Of a stretch of 46,974 nucleotides of DNA, positions 43,766-46,974 are shown piece after piece. A model generated the notes under the pieces. It worked only from the letters and a program-made list of their open reading frames with translations, was not told where the DNA came from and made no database searches. Each line of letters begins with the position of its first letter. Position 1 is the stretch's first letter. The stretch is from contig JAZSGK010000023.1 of assembly GCA_045532695.1 (NCBI GenBank), positions 1-46,974 on the forward strand, read 5' to 3'. The stretch is from Acutalibacteraceae bacterium. GTDB lineage: Bacteria; Bacillota; Clostridia; Oscillospirales; Acutalibacteraceae. Position numbers and translations under genes: made by a program.

Positions 43766-44995
43766 ATGATGAATTCCCTGAGTAACAAAAAAGCTAATTT
43801 TCTTATCTTTCTGTGCTGGGCGGCGTATACTGTCGCTTATGTCGGAAGGCTGAACTATAACGCCTCAATGGTGGAAATTCTTTCTCAGCTCGATATAAGC
43901 AAGGAAGCAGCCGGCAGTGTAAGCTCATTTTTCTTCTTTGCTTACGGTGCAGGCCAACTTGTAAACGGTCTGCTTTCAAAAAAATATAACACCAGGTATT
44001 CAGTCGCAATAGCTCTGGCAGCCTCCTGTGTTATCAACTTCACAATGACCTTGTGTCAGGGAATAGATACAATGAAATACCTGTGGTTTTTCAACGGTGT
44101 TTTTCAATCTGTTCTCTGGTCGTCGCTTATCAAGACCTTATCGGATAATCTTGCAGACAGCAAGCTGTCAAAAGCCGTTGTGGTTATGAGCACAACAGTT
44201 GCATCAGGTACATTTGCATCTTACGGACTGGCTGCACTTTTCTCATATCTGGGACTCGGTTGGACAACGATTTTTTATGTTGCATCGGTACTGGTCGGAG
44301 CTGTAGCGGTATTGTGGTTCATCGGCATGAGTACTCTCAGAAAAGCAAAGAAAGAAAAAGAAGCTGAAGAAGTAAAGACAAGAGGCAAACTATCCTTCAC
44401 CCCTGTATTTATAATAAGCGTTGCCGTTATACTCATATCAGCAATAACCAACGGCTTCATAAAAGACGGTATTACTACCTGGGTGCCTTCGATACTCAAA
44501 GAAGAGTTCGGCGTATCCTCATCTCTTTCAATTATCGTTACCCTTATTCTTCCCGTGCTGTCAATTTTCGGTACAACCATTGTAAATGCACTTCATAAAA
44601 AGCAAAAAGACGAAAATGCTCTTAACGGGATTTTCTATTTCATCACAATAGTTTTCACCGTACTTATAATACTGACTCTCAATCTCAGATCAGTTCCCCT
44701 CACCCTTGTCCTTTTCGGTGCAATTGCCTGCCTTATGTCGGCAGTAAACAATGTGATAACCAGTATTGTACCTCTTTATTCCAGAGATAAAATCGATTCG
44801 GGATTCACAGCCGGACTTCTGAACACTTTCTGCTATGTGGGAAGCACTCTTGCGACTTCATTTCTGGGAAGAATCGCAGACACGAAGGGCTGGAATGATG
44901 TATTCATCTGCATTCTTATTTTCACTACAGTATCATTCGTTGTCTGTCTGATTTCAGCAGTGTTAAATAAATTCGCCGGGTCAAAAGCACATTAA
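43766..44995 (+). CDS. MFS transporter, organophosphate:Pi antiporter (GlpT/UhpC)-like
   Basis: WAAYTVAYVGRLNYNASM and FFFFAYGAGQLVNGLLS are typical of the OPA subfamily. ATG 43766 lies 2 nt after the upstream stop. The track start 43751 is GTG. Confidence 0.8.
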   Translation: MMNSLSNKKANFLIFLCWAAYTVAYVGRLNYNASMVEILSQLDISKEAAGSVSSFFFFAYGAGQLVNGLLSKKYNTRYSVAIALAASCVINFTMTLCQGIDTMKYLWFFNGVFQSVLWSSLIKTLSDNLADSKLSKAVVVMSTTVASGTFASYGLAALFSYLGLGWTTIFYVASVLVGAVAVLWFIGMSTLRKAKKEKEAEEVKTRGKLSFTPVFIISVAVILISAITNGFIKDGITTWVPSILKEEFGVSSSLSIIVTLILPVLSIFGTTIVNALHKKQKDENALNGIFYFITIVFTVLIILTLNLRSVPLTLVLFGAIACLMSAVNNVITSIVPLYSRDKIDSGFTAGLLNTFCYVGSTLATSFLGRIADTKGWNDVFICILIFTTVSFVVCLISAVLNKFAGSKAH

Positions 44996-45026
44996 TGAAA
45001 TATTTCAGTCGCACTGTAAACAAATT

Positions 45027-45057
45027 CCCCGCTGTAAAAACAGTGGGGATAATTTTA
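45027..45057. terminator. intrinsic terminator after the MFS gene
   Basis: Stem CCCCGCTG/CAGTGGGG with an A-rich loop, then ATAATTTTA. Confidence 0.7.
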
Positions 45058-45220
45058 TGCCTTCTTTCGATAACGTATCATCGAAATAATAATAGATATA
45101 ATTGCAATAAGCGATCCGATGGCAGGCCCGTAGGCGCGGGAAATATAATTATATATCAGCCAGAATGGCGCACTGCAAAGTCCGTGAGCTTCAGTTTAGT
45201 TTCTTATTAAACATAAAAAT

Positions 45221-45260
45221 GACCTCCTTGTATTTGGTAATACCATTTTACAAGGAGGTC
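45221..45260. terminator. 12-bp perfect hairpin, probable bidirectional terminator closing the AT-rich cassette
   Basis: GACCTCCTTGTA, a 16-nt loop, then TACAAGGAGGTC. It is followed by ATTTTTATGTTT on the minus strand and TGTGTTTTG on the plus strand. Confidence 0.6.
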
Positions 45261-45330
45261 TGTGTTTTGTCGAATGTGCGGAATTGTAAGCAATACAAAA
45301 AGATATTTAATCTTATACATTAAATCCCTT

Positions 45331-45513
45331 TTATCTTGCGTAATAAAAAACAGAATCGTCTATGTTTTTCTTCTCAAAACTTTGAATTGCTTCATTATAT
45401 TGAGCTGCTATTTCTTCAATACTTAATTTTTCATCATTCATTATGCCTATAATGTTAAATAAATCTATAGCTTCTAAAGTGCATTCATCATTTTTGATAT
45501 TTAATGAAGTCAT
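45331..45513 (-). CDS. 60-aa acidic hypothetical protein (partner of the SDH_sah protease)
   Basis: GGGAGG RBS. It starts 12 nt after the protease stop and has the same very low GC content. Confidence 0.7.
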   Translation of the reverse strand: MTSLNIKNDECTLEAIDLFNIIGIMNDEKLSIEEIAAQYNEAIQSFEKKNIDDSVFYYAR

Positions 45514-45525
45514 TTTAAAACCTCC

Positions 45526-46410
45526 CTAGTTTATTTTATGATTTTTAATAAATTTTATTGATTTATGATTCTCTATTATTTTTGCACAATTTGAAGAAGC
45601 AGCAGATATTTGATAACAATGATATAAAGATAATACAGCTTCTTGCAATTTTTGATCTTCCTCTAAAGCAGATATAACCAATGAGGTGTTCTGTTTAAGA
45701 TCATCAATTGATAGGCGTGTATTATGCTGTAAGTGGAAATTATAATCAGCTAGATATTCGACCGTTTTATCAACTTCAGCTTCATCGATCCCATTTAACA
45801 TTGTTCTCATTAACCATTTTTTTACATTCTTTTTAGATACAATAATGGCATTATTACATATTCCAAATAAAGTTGGTGGATATTTATTTAATGTTATTTG
45901 CCAATATGTAATATTTTTTCCGTTAGAAATATCTGCCTTTGCTTGTTTGAGCAAGTTTACAAATTCATGTGCTGGCATACCACTTATTTGAGGATCAATA
46001 GGACCTAAGTTAGAATGCTTACCCATAACGATTTCTTTGGCAGAACAGGCAATCATAGTTCCTGCAGACATCGCAGTGTGTGGAACAATAACTCTTATAT
46101 CTCCATTGAAATAGCTATATAAATAATCTACGATTGATTGTGTTGCAGCTGAATCTCCTCCAGGGGTATGTAAAATTAAATCTAAACCTTTACTTTTATC
46201 CAAACCATATAAGGAATTCATAAAACCATTTCTATCATCATCGTCAATATTGAAAGGAGCCTGAACTCCGGGCTTTTGTTGCCAACACGAAAAATAAACA
46301 ATACAATTTCGACCTGTATGTTCAACAAGTTGTTCAAAAAAAGATTTTTTTTGATTTTCAAGTGCATTATTTGTTTGCACACTATCAAATATTTCGTTCC
46401 AACTAGGCAT
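45526..46410 (-). CDS. SDH_sah family (serine dehydrogenase proteinase, ClpP/S49 fold) serine protease
   Basis: LDLILHTPGGDSAATQSIVDYL..VIVPHTAMSAGTMIACSA..GPIDPQ is the ClpP/SppA-fold core as seen in PF01972-type proteins. ATG 46410 lies 6 nt after GGAGG. The track start 46416 is TTG. Confidence 0.85.
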   Translation of the reverse strand: MPSWNEIFDSVQTNNALENQKKSFFEQLVEHTGRNCIVYFSCWQQKPGVQAPFNIDDDDRNGFMNSLYGLDKSKGLDLILHTPGGDSAATQSIVDYLYSYFNGDIRVIVPHTAMSAGTMIACSAKEIVMGKHSNLGPIDPQISGMPAHEFVNLLKQAKADISNGKNITYWQITLNKYPPTLFGICNNAIIVSKKNVKKWLMRTMLNGIDEAEVDKTVEYLADYNFHLQHNTRLSIDDLKQNTSLVISALEEDQKLQEAVLSLYHCYQISAASSNCAKIIENHKSIKFIKNHKIN

Positions 46411-46449
46411 AAACAACCTCCAAATTAAATAACTAATGTTTAGATATTT

Positions 46450-46478
46450 ATTTTATCACTTTCTGCACAAAAAATCAA
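46450..46478 (-). promoter_or_regulatory. sigmaA-type promoter of the protease cassette
   Basis: Minus strand reads TTGATT (46473-46478), a 17-nt spacer, then TAAAAT (46450-46455). Confidence 0.5.
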
Positions 46479-46529
46479 TGCTTATATTATATATGCCACT
46501 CTTGTTAAAACCATAACCCGTCCATGCAA

Positions 46530-46561
46530 AACTCCCTCTGTCATTTCTGACAAAGGGAGTT
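46530..46561. terminator. hairpin at the right border of the AT-rich cassette
   Basis: Stem AACTCCCT(C)TGTCA/TGACA(A)AGGGAGTT with a 4-nt loop and short T-runs on both strands. Confidence 0.5.
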
Positions 46562-46736
46562 CGTTTTAAATATAGAGTTTTACTTCAATATCTCGCCAGC
46601 CTCTTACACGCTTTGTTGGGGAGATGGAATAGACATATTCCTGTGCATCCTCAATCGTGAGAGTGAATTTAGCGAATTGAGTGTAACTTATTTCCTGCCA
46701 TCGGCAATAGCAGCCTGTGGTGCGGTTATTGCCTAA

Positions 46737-46770
46737 CAAACAAAATCCCCACCGATTTTACTCGGTGGGG
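46737..46770 (-). terminator. ppdK intrinsic terminator
   Basis: 9-bp stem CCCCACCGA/TCGGTGGGG followed on the minus strand by ATTTTGTTTG. Confidence 0.75.
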
Positions 46771-46790
46771 CAAATTCATTTATAGATGAA

Positions 46791-46974
46791 TTATTTATTT
46801 GCAATAGCTGCCTGAGCTGCTGCAAGACGAGCGATGGGCACACGGAAGGGTGAGCATGATACATAGTCGAGGCCAATCTTGTGGCAGAATTCAACTGATG
46901 TGGGGTCACCGCCGTGCTCACCGCAGATACCGCAGTGAAGCTTGCTGTTTACGGGCTTACCAAGCTTGATGGAC
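46791..46974 (-). CDS. ppdK: pyruvate, phosphate dikinase, C-terminal 60 codons (5' part outside the window)
   Basis: Hand translation gives [60 protein letters not shown]. This matches the conserved PPDK C-terminus (..[44 protein letters not shown]..). Confidence 0.85.
   Translation of the reverse strand, partial: SIKLGKPVNSKLHCGICGEHGGDPTSVEFCHKIGLDYVSCSPFRVPIARLAAAQAAIANK

Noticed and set aside
44995-45210. 71-aa plus-strand ORF immediately after the MFS gene
   Set aside because: It starts inside the MFS stop region and reads straight through the intrinsic terminator at 45027-45057. It has no RBS and an implausible composition.
45194-45214. Mini-ORF MFNKKLN with an apparently perfect AAGGAGGT RBS, possibly a +1 frameshift site at AAC-TGA
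   Set aside because: The 'RBS' is simply the 3' arm of a 12-bp hairpin followed by a T-run, which is a canonical terminator for the cassette. There is no stimulatory element comparable to prfB, so programmed frameshifting is unsupported.
1-46974. Search for CRISPR arrays, IS elements or transposases, integrases, rRNA genes, retron/DGR reverse transcriptases and prophage structural genes
   Set aside because: I found no regularly spaced repeat arrays, no DDE, tyrosine- or serine-recombinase motifs in any ORF, no rRNA-like sequence and no reverse-transcriptase YxDD motif. The only mobile-DNA signatures are the tRNA-flanking 44-nt repeat and the AT-rich cassette.

Overview
46,974-bp chromosomal segment that looks like a low-GC Gram-positive anaerobe (Clostridia-like gene content; the taxon is inference only). 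All calls come from reading the sequence and the ORF track by eye, with no database search or HMM run. Most of the window is ordinary chromosome. It holds an [FeFe]-hydrogenase-like sensor gene with HATPase/DRTGG/PHP partners, a Pfs-like nucleosidase, MATE efflux and a DtxR-family regulator. It also holds csoR-copA, an Mrp/ApbC ATPase, a BNR/sialidase-like protein, a GntP permease, trkH-trkA, a Na/Pi-PhoU transporter and a SpoVG-like protein. Further along are a T-box-controlled stand-alone trpB, a CBAH-family amidase next to an ECF S-component, a two-transporter/phosphodiesterase/beta-helix cluster, and the 3' end of ppdK. The ORF track uses alternative start codons, so I re-set many starts to ATG codons with good Shine-Dalgarno sequences. 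I also added genes the track misses: an edge-truncated hydrogenase-like CDS, a tRNA-Arg(CCU), a 35-aa peptide gene and the ppdK 3' end. Five regions deserve a second look. (1) An ECF-type sigma factor is translationally coupled to a membrane-anchored serpin with an apparently intact reactive-centre loop. (2) An AT-rich, terminator-bounded two-gene cassette (SDH_sah/ClpP-fold serine protease plus a 60-aa acidic protein) lies next to ppdK and looks like a horizontally acquired defence-type module. (3) A 2.1-kb integrase-less islet is bounded by an exact 44-nt duplication of the tRNA-Arg 3' half. It carries a four-helix-bundle gene, a leader/terminator-controlled methyltransferase and an array of TGCTAAT motifs. 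(4) A free-standing 35-aa amphipathic peptide gene has its own promoter, RBS and terminator. (5) Several atypical proteins are present: a Cys-rich repeat surface protein, an LCAT-like hydrolase with Cys in the nucleophile elbow, a His-rich mini-protein, and a small gene with an in-frame TGA. I found no CRISPR array, transposase, integrase or rRNA.
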